In this document: positions 36,519 to 50,300 of the stretch, one piece after another
Position numbering within the stretch: the stretch's first letter is position 1
Layout: each line of letters starts with the position of its first letter
Assembly: GCA_973895155.1 (NCBI GenBank)
Contig: OZ316892.1
Location: 12,588,238-12,652,237, forward strand
Source: Marsupella aquatica
Lineage: Eukaryota > Plantae > Marchantiophyta
Direction of reading: 5' to 3'
DNA length: 64,000 nucleotides
The notes under the pieces: generated by a model
Databases searched by the model: none
Told to the model about the DNA's origin: nothing
What the model saw: only the letters and a program-made list of their open reading frames with translations
Translations under genes and position numbers: made by a program

Positions 36519-39500
36519 CTACAAAAAGCGATTCAACCAAGAACTGTCATTTGCGTCGGCTACAAATTGAGTTTTCAATTTTGTAATCTCACTTTGAGCA
36601 GTCTCAGAATCCATCTGATCTAGAGGAAGCCTCGTGAAGCATTCCAAAAATTTATGGGCCTTTTCAGCATGCGAGGCACTGTCATCTGGGCATTTGACTC
36701 TTTTTCGCTTTGCACCAACCAATCCCTCCAGCTGTTGAGTGAAAAGACTAAGACCTGATGGGGAGAAATCCTCCAATTCCGCAGCCTTCTGCCTAGCATG
36801 AGTCAACACATTCTTTGGAAACTGTGCGAACTCCGCGACATGTATACCAAAACTCTGATCACAAGGACCTTTTTCTACCTGCAATATATGCAAGATGAGG
36901 TTAGATGGGACTAAAGAACCCGATATTGCACTCAGGGAACCCTTTACCGTAGTTAAGTAGTTGATTCTATTTCACTGGGTACACGAACATTTCAGTACGT
37001 GCAGATATTTACCTTATACAGCATTGACAGCTTTTGAGATCTTGAATCTATATGAGCAGTGACGTGGAAGTTGGAAATGCCAAGAGGAAGTCCTCTCAAT
37101 GCACCATGTACTTGGGGTCTTTGATGCTCAGCAAGGGCAGTCAACTCATGGAAATGAGTAGCAAAGAGACACGGAGCCCGAGTAACTTCCACTAGGTGCT
37201 CACAAATGGCCCATGCCAATCCTGCCACCATAACACCCATTCGGTTCACTAAAGCGAAGCTCCATGGAAAACAAAAATAGCTTACGAATGACTACCAGAA
37301 TTCAGTACTCAGAAGCAAATAGCTGATGTAAACAAATTGTATGCAAAGAACTATCAAGACCTGCCCTGTGATCTTGCGCAAACCTGCTGTGTCTTTTGTC
37401 AGAGCTCGATTGCAGCTCACAACAGGCTAACTAATATTTGCTCGCTGTACAAGGACTAAACGAAAATCCTTCTCCTAATCATGGAAGTGGATGGTGGGCA
37501 CTTTACCAAATCCGTCATACGTGGACGTCCCTCGTCCAAGCTCGTCAATAATGATTAGAGACTTCTCTGTTGCCGACTTCAAAATAGTGGCAGTCTCCAA
37601 CATCTCTGCCATGAATGTCGACACACCTTGCAGCTGAACACAGACAACACCAATATAGTTCGGAAACCATGATTGATACAAGAGGTTGCATGCAAAACAT
37701 CTATGGAGAAGAGTTCAACCCAGTAAAAGTGTTGGAGTCGAAAGTGTGCCCTGTGAGGTCGTCCCATGATTCGCGCAAACAATTGCTATTACTAATTCAG
37801 AGATGGCACACCTGAGGTCCTAGAATTCCCTCTGTTTTATTCATTAGGACAGCAAGTCCTAGACTAGTCTCAGTGCCAAAACAAAAGAAGTCTAATGAGG
37901 AAACACAGGCTACCTGAGAATCTCCAGCCCCTACACGGGCAAATATGCAATCTCGAACGCTTATCTCTGCATGGTCGCAGGGCACAAAGCATCCTATTTG
38001 TGCCATAAGAATATTTACTCCAACCTAAAAACACGACAACAGTTTATCCACCCCAGATAGAAAACCAATTGCAGAGGTACGAGCAAACACTGACAAGAAT
38101 AAATAGAAGAATAGATAATCTGAAGACAGTTGATTGCATTATCCTGCTCATCCAACAAATTTTATTCAGATAATGACAGAACTTCCGACAAAGTATCGAC
38201 AATATAGCTAGTATGGGGATTGAACTACTGACACAATTACATACTGAACACCCTTGCGGTATGAGCAGGAAAATTTACAACTGAAGATGATCAGAATCCA
38301 AAACATTGAGATTTTGCCTCTGATAACTAACAGTTTGAATTCAACCTGTCTTATGTACGTCGACTTTCCTCCCATATTTGGCCCAGTTATAATCTGAAAC
38401 CAGCTCTTGTCCCGAACCTGATAGCAAGCCAGAACAGTTGTCATCCCACGTGCTGGATTAAGTGAAGGGGAGAAAATTCAGTGACACGTAATTACTCTTG
38501 ATCACTACAATATCATATCGGCGAGATGTTTTGGGAATTCATATAAGTCATAAACAATGCAACCACTTCCTAAAAAGATTCTTGTACTTTGACTACAATG
38601 ACTAAAACATTCACAAGAACCGATGTTGATATCTATGAAAGAGGCTTTGGTTTTATGCTGAAAACGTCTTAAACAGTATCATCACACAATTTCTCCAATC
38701 AATGGTCTCTAGAAAGGGTCCCAAACTACCCTACATACCAAGCAGCAATCATTGGCAATAAAGTTCACATCATCCTGGGCTTCAACACAAGGATGTCTGC
38801 TTCCTCGTAAAACGATTTCCCCCTCGTCCTGCAAGCCATGAAGATCTCATTGAAGTTCAAAGAAAAAGTAACCAACACAAAGACAACACGAAAATGGTAG
38901 CAGTACAAAACAAATCATAAAGTTGAAGTCTACCACTGGTGTCCATTACATTCCTTACAGAATCAACACGCTGCCCATTTTAAGATGCAGGTTCTGCCGT
39001 TCATTCTAGCAAACCATATCCTGTCGAAGGACAATGTAGCTACCACTATAAGATCGGCAACGCTCCATGACAATAACAGTCTACGAAATTCTTGGTCTTT
39101 TTGTGTGAGCATGTTCAGAATAATTCTGTGCGCGCTAATACCGCTGACAAACTATTAAGGCCGCAACAATCAAAGGAATCATAGTCCAAATTATCGTCTT
39201 TAATCATAGAAAGGATTTTGCTGAGTGAACCACGACTAACGACGTCCCCACCTCCACAGCACAAACCAAGCATCGACAGGAGTCCATACCGAAGGGGTGA
39301 TGATTGGCCGTACATAAGTACACGGACTGGATACAGCAAGATCTGCAAAACTGAGCAATACATCCATCTCTGCCAACAGTATTGCAACCCCCTCAAACAC
39401 CTGCAAAATCGACAGCAACAAACGTTTGAGTCGGATGATATTTACAGGCCGAGACACAAGCAACCCCAAACATTTACCTGATTACAAAGAAACAATCATG

Positions 39501-42500
39501 GATGAGATTTACTACCTCCAAAAAGGTTGCTACGACCTCAACCACTTTGCCAACCAGCTCCCGCTGCATTCTAACATAATCCTCGCTCAGTCGAGAGTAC
39601 TGCTCACTGCATCGTCTTAACTTGGTATTCGTAAATTTTACCCCATCCTTCCGAGTCTCAAGAGTTACGTAAGTAGCACCCACTAGCTTCTTTCGCACCT
39701 TGGGCTCTTCTTTTTTCGTAATTCTGAAAACATGTCCCCATTGGGTAGTCTTATCAAGCTTTAATGCCTTTTCGAGAGGAAGATCCAGATCATTCGCAGC
39801 CTGGTGATATATCTTTTGAATTTGGTCTTCAATTTGATCTCTTTCCGAACGTATCTCTTGCAAGTTACTGTCGTAGCTAGCAGCAATAATGTACTCGCCA
39901 CGCTGAATTTGATCAAGGTCAACTGCAGCCTCCACAAGACTGTCAAACTTTTGAAGATGTTCTGGTCCAGTCCACTCCTCGAATATGTCGGTGTATCTTT
40001 CTTGTAGTAGGAGAGAAAACTGGCCCCTGTACTGTTTTAACACATCTCTAATTGAAGGTAACTGTACACTTGCCTGCGTGATGGAAAACATTGCTTCAAA
40101 AGTTAAAGACTCGACAACATACCATGAGTTCCAGAGTTCTAGGGACAATTTTCAATCAAAGCTTAGCGGTTTAGTTCACGTGAAACAAACTGTACCACCC
40201 CATTCAGTGGAGACAACAAATGGTTCTTTCCCTCACTAGTGAGCTTATCCAGTAAAGCAACTCTCCCTATAGTGGCCCCCATTTGCAACTCTGTACGCGT
40301 CGGGATGAACAAAGCAAAGATGGGCTTGCCTGATAAAGCTTGACAATGTCTTGCAAAGTAGCTCGCCTATTCTCAACTTTCCGAGACAAGCGGTCAATAT
40401 CTGGAATTCGCCTCAAATACTGCCTCAAATCCTGTCTGGTATCTGAACTCTCCACAAACACCTGTACTACATCCAATCTTTTCCTAATTTCTTGAACATC
40501 CAAAAGAGGTTGCTTTAACCAACGATTGAGCAGCCTCTTTCCCATACCTACGGAACAGGTCCGGTTTATTAACCCAAACAGACTGAAGTTCTGATTCGCA
40601 TCCGTTTTACTTTCCAGAACATTCAAGGCGCGGAGTGCTGCAGCATCTAATCGCATGTACGTGTCAAGGCTGTAAGGTTGTAGTGCAAATTTTCCAAGGC
40701 TGGCCTCATCTCCTAGAATATCTGTATACGCTAAGAGAGCCGCTAATGCAGGCAATGCTCCTTCATGCCTTACTAACAGTTCCTTGTAATCATCCGCAGA
40801 TCCTTTTAACAAGCGGCCAAGATCTTCCTGCAAATCCCTTGACCTAAATTCACTCCTTCTAGCCTCGGTGAGGAGAACATTGCAACGCGCCAATACATCA
40901 CGCAATCTACGTCCATCTGGGGACTTTCCAGAATCGTCTGGTAAAATACATTCCCGGCAACCCAGTGCAATCATAGCTGACTCCAGATTCGTGAACTTAT
41001 CATCATCAATGAACTCATTGATCCCCAAGGTTCTCCTTGTGATGTCCACGAAAGCGATACCAACATAACGCTCACCGCCTTTCGTAGTCAGATGCAGAGC
41101 CATGACAACCGGAGTCTCTTGCATCTCGTTATTTGCGAAAAGTATGTCCTCAAAGCTACAAAGTTTCCCAGGAGTAGCGACCTTTGCTAAGTTCCAGTTC
41201 GACCCACTGCCCTCGTACAACTCGACAGAGTGTTCTCTTCTCTCAAGCAACAGATCACGAAGAATCGTTTCAAACATGCTTCTGTTGATACTAACACCTG
41301 TGAGGAAGTTGGAGCCACTCCCCAGTTGGCGAAGTGCAGTCAAGGACTTGTAGTATGTTTGGGCGATGAAAGTGGCGTTGATACCATGAACTGTGTAACA
41401 ATCCTGAACAGGTCAAAAGTGACAAATGGTTCAAAACAAGAGATAGTAAAGCTATTCCGAAATGAACAATCGAATTCCTGATGACAGGATCTAACCACAT
41501 TGGCACATTCACGCTACGATTGGAGACCCGCGGGCAAACAACAGTTCTTAAAGAGTTCGGCATGACCTCACAAGTCACGGAAAGAATTCAACGGGGACAG
41601 ATTCTCAAAGTTGATTTAGCAAATCTTTAGTGTTCGACATGCACGCCTTGACAACAACCTACAGAAAATTCGACTAGCACAGATATATAGCTGCAACTTG
41701 AAGAAAACCATTGAGTTTGTCTCAAAATGTGGAATTCACATTGTCTCGGCCCCAAACCAAAATAAACGTGATACGGGGATACAAAACGTGCGGTAAAAAC
41801 TGTAGACCTTAGAGGTTTTATGGTTCTGAATTCAACGTGACCAATGCACTAAACCAGACGCCAAAAGAGATCACAAGCATCATACCTTTCGGTCGAAAAA
41901 GCGCACCACCTTCGCGTCCTGCAGAATGGGGAATGAATAGTAAGAATTGAATTAGGCCATCATGTGGAATGTCAGAGCAGCGGCGTTCTTGCTCGGAAGA
42001 TTTGAACTCACCAGACATCGAGAAGCTAAAGAAGTCTCCTAGGCAAATTCCTACCAAGGCTCAAAATAAAGCAAGCCTTTCAAAATATACACATTCCTGG
42101 TTAATAAAGGCCCCATCGGTTCACTCCTGTAATAGAAGTTTAATCGTAAGGACGATATACCTCGACAAGTTGTTTGAAGAAGATGATGAATCCAGAAACC
42201 TGCTTGGCATCTGCATGCCATGTCCAGAAAGATGGTTAGCGTTTTCGTATCATTCGCAAATCATCGCTTATCATCGACGAACTCCAGCTGCACATCCCTC
42301 AAGTTCAAAGTCACCACTTCACGAGATCCGGCCTCTTGTTTTGTTGGTAACTAAACAAGACGTTTAGATCCTTGGAGATCCTTCACAAGGTCAAATGCTC
42401 TGCGCATTGAATCTAATCTAATCGTTTAGGGCAATCGAACGCAAGCAGCTTCTATCTCAATTTTCCAAAGGAATTCGCATAAAGTGTCTGTACAACACAC

Positions 42501-43291
42501 GTGTCCAGGGGAATCTGTCCCAGCAAACAAGAGAGCCAGAGCACACTACAATCAAAGTCTAACAGCTTCCTCGGACCTCTCTTTGGGCCCTCAATATGCT
42601 TTCACCCGTGTAAACACTGTTCTCCCTCCAAAAGAAATTGATAATTCAAACCTCAGAGAATTGTCCGATGCACTATGCTCTCAGTAAAATTCCAGTCGAA
42701 AGTGCTCTTCCATTAACAGCTTACGGCAGCTTTAGGGACTCAACAGAGTTTCTTCTAGATCGAAGTACAACATCGAGTATACCCGGATTTGGGACAGTTC
42801 TCCTGACAGATCAGTTCTACCGGAAATCCAGAATGATCAATCAATTCTGGTAAGCTCACCATTGAGAGACGCCAGGAAGAGAGAGCTCGTGAAGACTTCG
42901 GACTGGAAACTAGACTCAACCCCCGACTGGCACAATTGATGTCCTCAAACTAACAGGCTACTAACCTGAACTCATTCTGGCGAAGATCGGATATGAGCAT
43001 AAGAGGCGTAAGGTTCTAAATAAATTAACTCCGATAACAGATTGTCCCATGCTATGAGAACAAAGTGGAGACTGAACTCAGGCTGAACAGAAAATCTAGA
43101 TTTCGTTTCGCAAATCCGATTCATCTAACTTCTCACAGGCCAGGCGCAGCGAGTGGACCCGAAGCAGGGCACTAATCCCAAAGCATTACAAAGCAAAGAC
43201 AAGCCTCACCTAGCTTCAACTCCGGCAGCTTCAGATCGTCTTCATGGGGCGGGGAGCCTGCGCCTCCATCGCTAGCCCCCGCCGGTGCCAT
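36519..43291 (-). CDS. MSH2: DNA mismatch repair protein MSH2, 12 exons, 958 aa
   Basis: Exons 43291-43210, 42210-42161, 41918-41886, 41403-40330, 40073-39516, 39400-39290, 38828-38739, 38417-38346, 38024-37914, 37633-37507, 37221-37013, 36878-36519; in phase. Motifs [31 protein letters not shown], Walker [59 protein letters not shown]. Confidence 0.97.
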
Positions 43292-43617
43292 GCCTTCGGA
43301 TAGTCTAAGAATCACTTCCTCGTCTCCGTGTAGTCACCTCGGTAGTCTACGAACTACTACTTCCTCGTCTCCATGGATTGGTGTGAGCAATCTCCGAATC
43401 ACGGCTTGATCTCCCTGTTGCGCCGCGATTATTGCATGAAAATTACTTCTCCGTCTCCGCCTTCGTCTCCTCGCTCGTTGGTCGAATTCTGCGAGGAGAA
43501 TGTTCGGTGCCGAGGAGAGCATTCAATCGCAACGAGCTACAGTTTCTGAGAGCCGCAGAGCGAGAGGATCAGAGGAGGACGAGTCTTGAGCAAAGTGCGA
43601 ATAGCATTCGACAAAAA

Positions 43618-43626
43618 GGCGGGAAA
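43618..43626 (-). promoter_or_regulatory. Canonical E2F-binding site (TTTCCCGCC) upstream of MSH2
   Basis: ggcgggaaa on + is TTTCCCGCC on -, ~330 bp upstream of the MSH2 ATG. It matches the TTTSSCGS consensus typical of replication/repair gene promoters. Confidence 0.65.
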
Positions 43627-43675
43627 AGCAGCAGGTTTGCATTCGTTTGTTTGTCATTTCTGCACTGTGACAAGA

Positions 43676-44595
43676 AACGGCTGATCGACGGCTGATCGAC
43701 GGCTGATCGAGCACAGTGTGACACGAAACGGGCGATCGACGGCTGATCGAGCACGAGCGGCTGAGATTGGTTTTAGAGTTACTGTAGGCGGTACACAATT
43801 AGTTACCATAGTTGTGAAACGGGTGATCAACGGCTGATCGAGCACGGAGGGCTGAGATTGGTTTCAGAGTTACCTATGGTACACGGTTGTTTACCATAGT
43901 TATGAAACGGGTGATCAACGGCTGATCGAGAAAGAGCGGTTGAGATTGGTTCCAGAGTGACTGTAGGTGGGTACACGCTTGTTGACCATAGTAGTGAAAC
44001 GGGTGATCAAGCATAGCAAGAGTTACTGTAGGTAGTACATTGCTTGTTTACTATTATAGTTTACTGTGTTGCTCGCAGGAATTTAAGTAGCACCAAAAAT
44101 AGTCTTAGGAAAGGGCACTTTACCATTTTTCCGTGGCAAGAGTTAATGTAGGTGGTACACTGTTTGTTTACCATAGTTGGTGTTACCAACAGAAATTTGA
44201 ATAGCACAAAAAATATCTTATGAAAGGGCACTTTACCATTCTCCCATAGCAAGAGTTAGTGTAGGCGGTACACTACACGTTTACCATAGTTGGTTTTCCC
44301 AACAGTATTTTGTAGCTTGCAAAATTTTGACTACTATAAAAAAAATATTGTGAAAGGACACTTTACCATTATCCCATAGCAAGAGTTAGTGTAAGCTGGA
44401 CACTGTTTGATTACCATAGTGGGTGCTACCAACACTAAATGTGTAGCTTGCAGAAATTTGAATATCACAAAAATAGTCTTGGGAAGGGGCACATTGTCAT
44501 TTTCTCATAGCAAGAGTTACTATAGGGGGCTATAGGGGGTACAGTGCTTGTTTAGAATAGTTGGTGTTACCATCAGTAATTGCGTAGCTTGCAAA
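43676..44595. repeat. Composite tandem array upstream of MSH2 (11 bp, ~90 bp and ~115-130 bp units sharing a core)
   Basis: (cggctgatcga)n at 43678-43750. Core agagttactgtagg.ggtacac...ttaccatagt recurs about 8 times (~43775, 43866, 43954, 44018, 44139, 44252, 44381, 44513). Confidence 0.9.
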
Positions 44596-45484
44596 TGGCT
44601 TAGGAGAACTTAAAATCAATGTCAGAATATCAACAAATATAAAAATGCTGGCCAAAAACTTAGGATGTACTCTTTCTTAGGGGTGTGGGAGTGATGAGCC
44701 AGCCAACCTTGAGGGGGTGCAGCAAGTGACCCAACCCAATATCAAGGGTTGGAAAGGTGTTAGGACTAGGGTGGAGGATGCTGATGACTGTCCAATGGTG
44801 GTATCTGGCCATATGTTGACTGATGAATTGTTTCAAGCCAACTGTAGTTAGCTTGCCTAATCAGTAGTGGAAAAATATTGCAATGTAATAACTAACCTAA
44901 AACAAGTGACAAAATATGTATTGAGATAAAAAGGAGTGGCCCATGTCTAAAAAATACTTGCCAGTGTCTAAAAGGCTGCAAACCATGCACTAAATGCTTT
45001 GCAAGGTTAATCAACACCGGACCAGCCTGATAGTTTAGGGCAGGGTTCAGTGGGCTTGAGGAAGGGAGTAAAATCACTCCCTCTGACAATCCTTAGGACT
45101 TAATTCCACTGTACTACAAGGTGTACAGGATATTCAAAATGTATGAGTTTTGCACTTGAGAGCCAATAAGAATGCCCTGCCCTGCCCTGCTACTATACAG
45201 GGGCAGGGGGTACCGCTGGACTTCAACAAGAAGTGTGAGGGAAAATCATATTTCATACTACAATATTTGTACATGCCTCAGTCCATGTGAAAGTTGCAAC
45301 CTTATTGGCTCAAACATTCTAGCACACATCTATACTTCTCACCCCTGTGCATCGAACCCAACCCTCAGTCACCACAGCCAAGTGCAGGTGCCCTGCTAAA
45401 GAAGAATGGGACACTCAGGCAACAAAACCCTGCTAATGAGCAACAACAATCCCTCAGGAGTCACCTACTGTAGTTATCCCAAGT

Positions 45485-45635
45485 GTGAGACAATTACCTT
45501 CGTCACTGACTCCAGGTCATTGAATTTTTTATCCAACTTGTGAGACAATTAGATTTATCACTGACTCCAGGTCATTGAATTTTTTATCCAACTTGTGAGA
45601 CAATTAGATTTATCACAGACTCCAGGTCATTGAAA
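45485..45635. repeat. ~55 bp tandem repeat x~3
   Basis: tgtgagacaatta...tcactgactccaggtcattgaa repeated. Confidence 0.9.
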
Positions 45636-45649
45636 CTTCAAACCCCCAC

Positions 45650-46312
45650 TAGCGATGACAAAACCTGGAAACACCAGGTCTCACCAAGTATTTTTTTTTC
45701 CTGAAATTGTGGAGCAAAGTGGCATGGTAAAGGAGATGGTAAAGGAGACGAGTGAGTGGAATGTGGAAAGGGGGGCAATCTGGGTTTCTTCCCCCTTCTA
45801 TATGGCCAGTGGCAATTTAAGGGAAAAAGAGGGAAATTCTTGGATACTTCTCCCTCATATATGGCCACTGGTGGTTTAAGCTCTGAACTGGCACAATGGT
45901 GATCAGGTGCTAGCAACACACGTCACAGCAATGGAATGAAGCCCATGTGTGAGTCTCTCTTACCCTGCCAGGTCCCGGTGAGTGCAATGTGGGAAAAGGG
46001 GAAAGTCTAGCAATGACACCAGGTTTCACCATAAATAATATCCATTCCTGAATGTGTGGAGCAATATGGAAGGGGACACGAGAAGAATGAGAAGAAAGTA
46101 AAAAATGGAGGAGTCTTGGACAATTCCCCCTTTTATATGGCTAGTCACGGTTTAAGGGAAAAAGAGTGAAGCCCTGGATACTTCCCCCTTATATATGGCT
46201 ACTGGCGGTTTAAGCTCTCCACTGGCACAATGGTGTTCAGCTGCGTAGCAACACACTGCGCAGCAATCGCCTGAAGCCCATGTGTGAGTGTCTCTTACCC
46301 TGCCAGGTCCCG
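45650..46312. repeat. ~335 bp imperfect tandem duplication
   Basis: ccccctt.tatatggc.agt...tttaagggaaaaagag...ggtttaagctct..actggcacaatggtg...gaagcccatgtgtgagt.tctcttaccctgccaggtcccgg ends at ~45978 and ~46312. Confidence 0.85.
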
Positions 46313-47340
46313 GCCAGAGTGCTCCTTCGCAAATGCTCTGCAGGTAAGGTGCAATAGGATTGAATTTGACAAGGGAGGACCAAGAGTGCTTAGTACACCT
46401 ACTGTAGGTGTTTCGAATGGAACTGGGGAAAGGATGATGAGGGGTTTGGGGGAGGACTGGCCCACCTAACATTGTTCGAGGAGAGGCAAAATTGTTCGAT
46501 CAGATTCTCTCAAACGAAACAACTAAATAGATACAACCTTCCGCATTGCACAGTAAAACCTGCAACAGTGGGCTGCAGCATGTCTACAGATCAAACTTGA
46601 CAGGTGAACACGAAATTGTATTGAGAAACTGAATGGAAACTGATCTGTATACATGCTCCAGCCCACCTTCCACTCTGAAGAGTGAACATGATACTCCTGG
46701 CCAGTTTCAAGTTTTGTAGATTACTATTTTTTTAACAACGTATGGACTAGGACGTACTCCAGGATGATATTCCTCTTTTGCAACCACTTGAAACTTCTAA
46801 ATCTCCAGTTCATCGTACTTGCTGTGGATGCACAATGTTTCCAATGAACAAAACCGCCGAATAACTTTGCGCAGCAGACACCCCTCCATTCTTAATAAAA
46901 TTGGGAGAACATCCTGCAGTTAGTGGTCGTCATAATGACCAACCAGAGAACAAGAGCTTTCTAGACATCCACTAGAGGTCAGTCTTGCAAACTGATATCC
47001 CCATTCAAGTGAATTCTACTGTACAAGCTATAAGAACACTGGCTATCCAAGCTGTGCTTTAGAATCGTGCCAGATGGTTACAATTCCAGCTGGTCAGGAT
47101 CCTACAAACTTTAGGCGAGCCCCAACTACATAGTCCAGCTTACCAAGCAATTTGACCAGTGCCAGCGCATAGAGCAAGATTAATAAGAACATCTAATGTA
47201 CAATTATAAATCTTGCCTGCAAGTCTAAAACCAAGTCTAGAACATAAACGTCATTTAGTATCATGGAACATTCTGAACCTGAGATATCACATCAGATCAT
47301 TACAGAAGTCCCAAGCTTGTCATTTGCGACGAGTCTACTG

Positions 47341-50300
47341 CTACATATTATGTGCATTGAGAATCTCCCCATACACCATGTCGATGAAATGATCACTCTG
47401 CAAAACAGAACAGCAGCCAGCCAAGATATCGCACGGTGGGTAATGTAGAAAAACCTCAAACAAAAACAGTCACAACGTCTATTATAACGAACAACATGCT
47501 TAGAAAAGATCTAGGATAATGGTAAATCCAAGGACTGCTGCCCACAAATCACATAGTAATCATTCACTAGATCTTCCTGCCAAACCACAACAAGATCCAA
47601 TCTAGTAGCTGAAGTCAATATCTCCAGTACAAATAAATTAGGGAAAATCGTTGGGCATTGGTGATATCACAAGCTCTACTGTAGCTTCCCACAACGAGAC
47701 CAAACTCCTGACACAATCCGCGATCCAAATTCCCAACACACGTAAGTCCCCAAGCCCAATGTACTTAAAAGTATCATTGTCGATACTCACGTCTCGCGGT
47801 AGCTCCCGCAAAAAGACAACCCAAATCAGGAGAGGAAAAAACTATTTCGGCGAATCACATTGTTCGGAAATCTATCACTCATTTTTCCACTCCAATCCAC
47901 TCTCGATTTAACTCTTTGAGACCCACTGCAAAAGGGGAACAGGTGAATCTATTTCGGGCTTATTGAATAGTCTGCAACGATGTTTTACATGTAGCTCCTG
48001 ACCTAAGAAATCCCTCCATGAACCTACAAACCATGACAGTACATTGTTGCTATCTTCTCAGACTTTTCCATTCAAAACCTTTAGGGTACTACAGCACTGG
48101 GCCAGAACCAACCGATTTAGAAAAAACACAAGGCCGTCTTGAAGGCATACCTGAACTAAACGGAAGAGAGCATCGCGAACCCCATCCCTTGTGATCGATA
48201 CACCTTGAGTGATAGCAGCTGGTGCTAGGGAGGGTGGTGGGGCTGGAGGAGGAAAGGGTTGCAGTAGGGGTGCGCCATGTGACGGTTGCAATTGAATAGA
48301 CGTGGGAACATGAGTAGGCAAGACAGGTGCAGAAGATAGCGGCGGGGGCACAAAAAACGAGGGTTTTAAGAGGACCGTACCACCATAATCAGGAAGTTCC
48401 AGAGACAATGGAGGAGCCATAGGTGTGCCCGCAAGTCCAGAAGAGGAAGGGGACATAGAGGGAACAGGCAAAGGTGTAAGATTAGATGCGGCGATTGATG
48501 GGGAGTGCGTGGATGAAGGCATTGCTACAGTTTGCAGTCTGGCAGATAGAGATGCTGACTCTGGACTGCCCAGATGTGTTGCATTCTGCAATAGTCAGAC
48601 AAATCATTGTGACCACCATGAACACAGGTTGGGGTTACAAGGGTGACCAACAAAAGCTGCCATAGAATCCCAAGCTGACTAAACACTAAAATTGAATATT
48701 CCCCACTGCTTGGAAGGAACTATTTTCCCAGGAATTACCCTAAAGAATTGCTCCAAAGTCTCATCCACGACGTCAGATGGAGCTGATGGAGCTTGAGCTG
48801 GCGGCTCCAGGGGCCCATCTACTAGGGCAGCCGTGGGACCTCCTTCTAGCTCCTGAAACTCTGAACTGCGAAAAGAAGAAGCAAAATGGCAATCATCGCA
48901 ATCTGGAGACTTGGAGCAGCAGGTGAATGTAAGGTAAACATCGTAACCACCACAGAATAGCTGACATCTTTCGAGGCAATCTCTTCACCAAGTTCGTTCA
49001 ATTTTCTCTAACAAATGCTTCGCAAACAAAAATGTAAATGCTGGATTCAAGAACTCCATCCAACTGCATCCACGATACTACACTGAACTAGGGTATTTCT
49101 GTGGAGGGAATTCAGTGAGAAAAACCTTTGAGAGGAAAATAATTTAGGCTTTGGAGGTATCTTCGAAAAGGCAGTGAGAATCCTGCAGATCAAGTAATGA
49201 CTTAGCAATAACAGCACTGAAAGAGACAAAATGAACTTCCCCAAAAGCTAATCACTTTCTTAGGTCTGAGCCCAAATCCACACCTCACCAAAACGGAACA
49301 TACTATCCAAGTTTCGCAGCTCAAGCTTACTCATGATGGTCAGCATCTCAAAGAACATCTACATTACATACTTACTGTCCCAAGAAACAGCAGAGAGTGC
49401 AATAATCAAGATGACAGTCAAGATGGCCCAGAATTCAACATTCTAGGGATAGAAGCTGGAAGCAGGAGACGTCTTCAGAAGAGGGATAGACAAAGAGGGA
49501 ACAATCGAAGAAAAGTCGATCAGGTGACATGAGGTGCAAGAGCGGAAGTGAACCTTGAGAATAGCTTTGCTACTTCTTCACATTCGCGTGCATTATAGAA
49601 CCAAATCCCATTGACTTCTTGAGCTGCATTCCGATATAACAGGTAGGGAACTTGCACTTCATATTCGAAGTCACCCAGAAGATCTTCCACAAGGTTATCT
49701 GCCATCAAGGTATTAATAACTATGACCAGCAGAAGCCTCCATTCAGCTTTTGAAATGCATTCAGTTGAACTGTCTTGGTAACAGAGAAATTCAGAAGTGG
49801 AGGTCGGCTTAAAAGTATATCGATGAGACAGACTTTTGACAGACCCTGCTACTACAAACACCCAGCTCCAAGGCCGCGGAGAGAAACTTGATTGTGGTCC
49901 TGAGAGATCTCTTAAAAGGCCTTGCCTCCAACAAGACTCAGAGCCTAGTGAACAGAGTAACAAGGCTAAAGATATAAATCAGAGTACTAGAGACTGACAG
50001 CGAGTGGAGCGAGTACCTGTGCTACGACGATTCATGACAATGAACTGGAAACGAGGCTGTGTCCGCCTGTCCAGAACGACAAGCAGGCAATGTTTTTCAG
50101 TGAATTCTAGCAATTCTTCGTTTTCCAGGACAAACTCCACATTAGGGTGCTAACACTTCCAGAAAATAAACGATTCTCACCGTTTGACTACAAAGAGTGA
50201 ACCCTCCACGTCCTTCCGACTCTGCAGTCAAATCAACGCTTGTTATCGTGTGCACATTGTCTACGGTATTCATCCCTTTAATTCAATTAGAGGAAACCCC

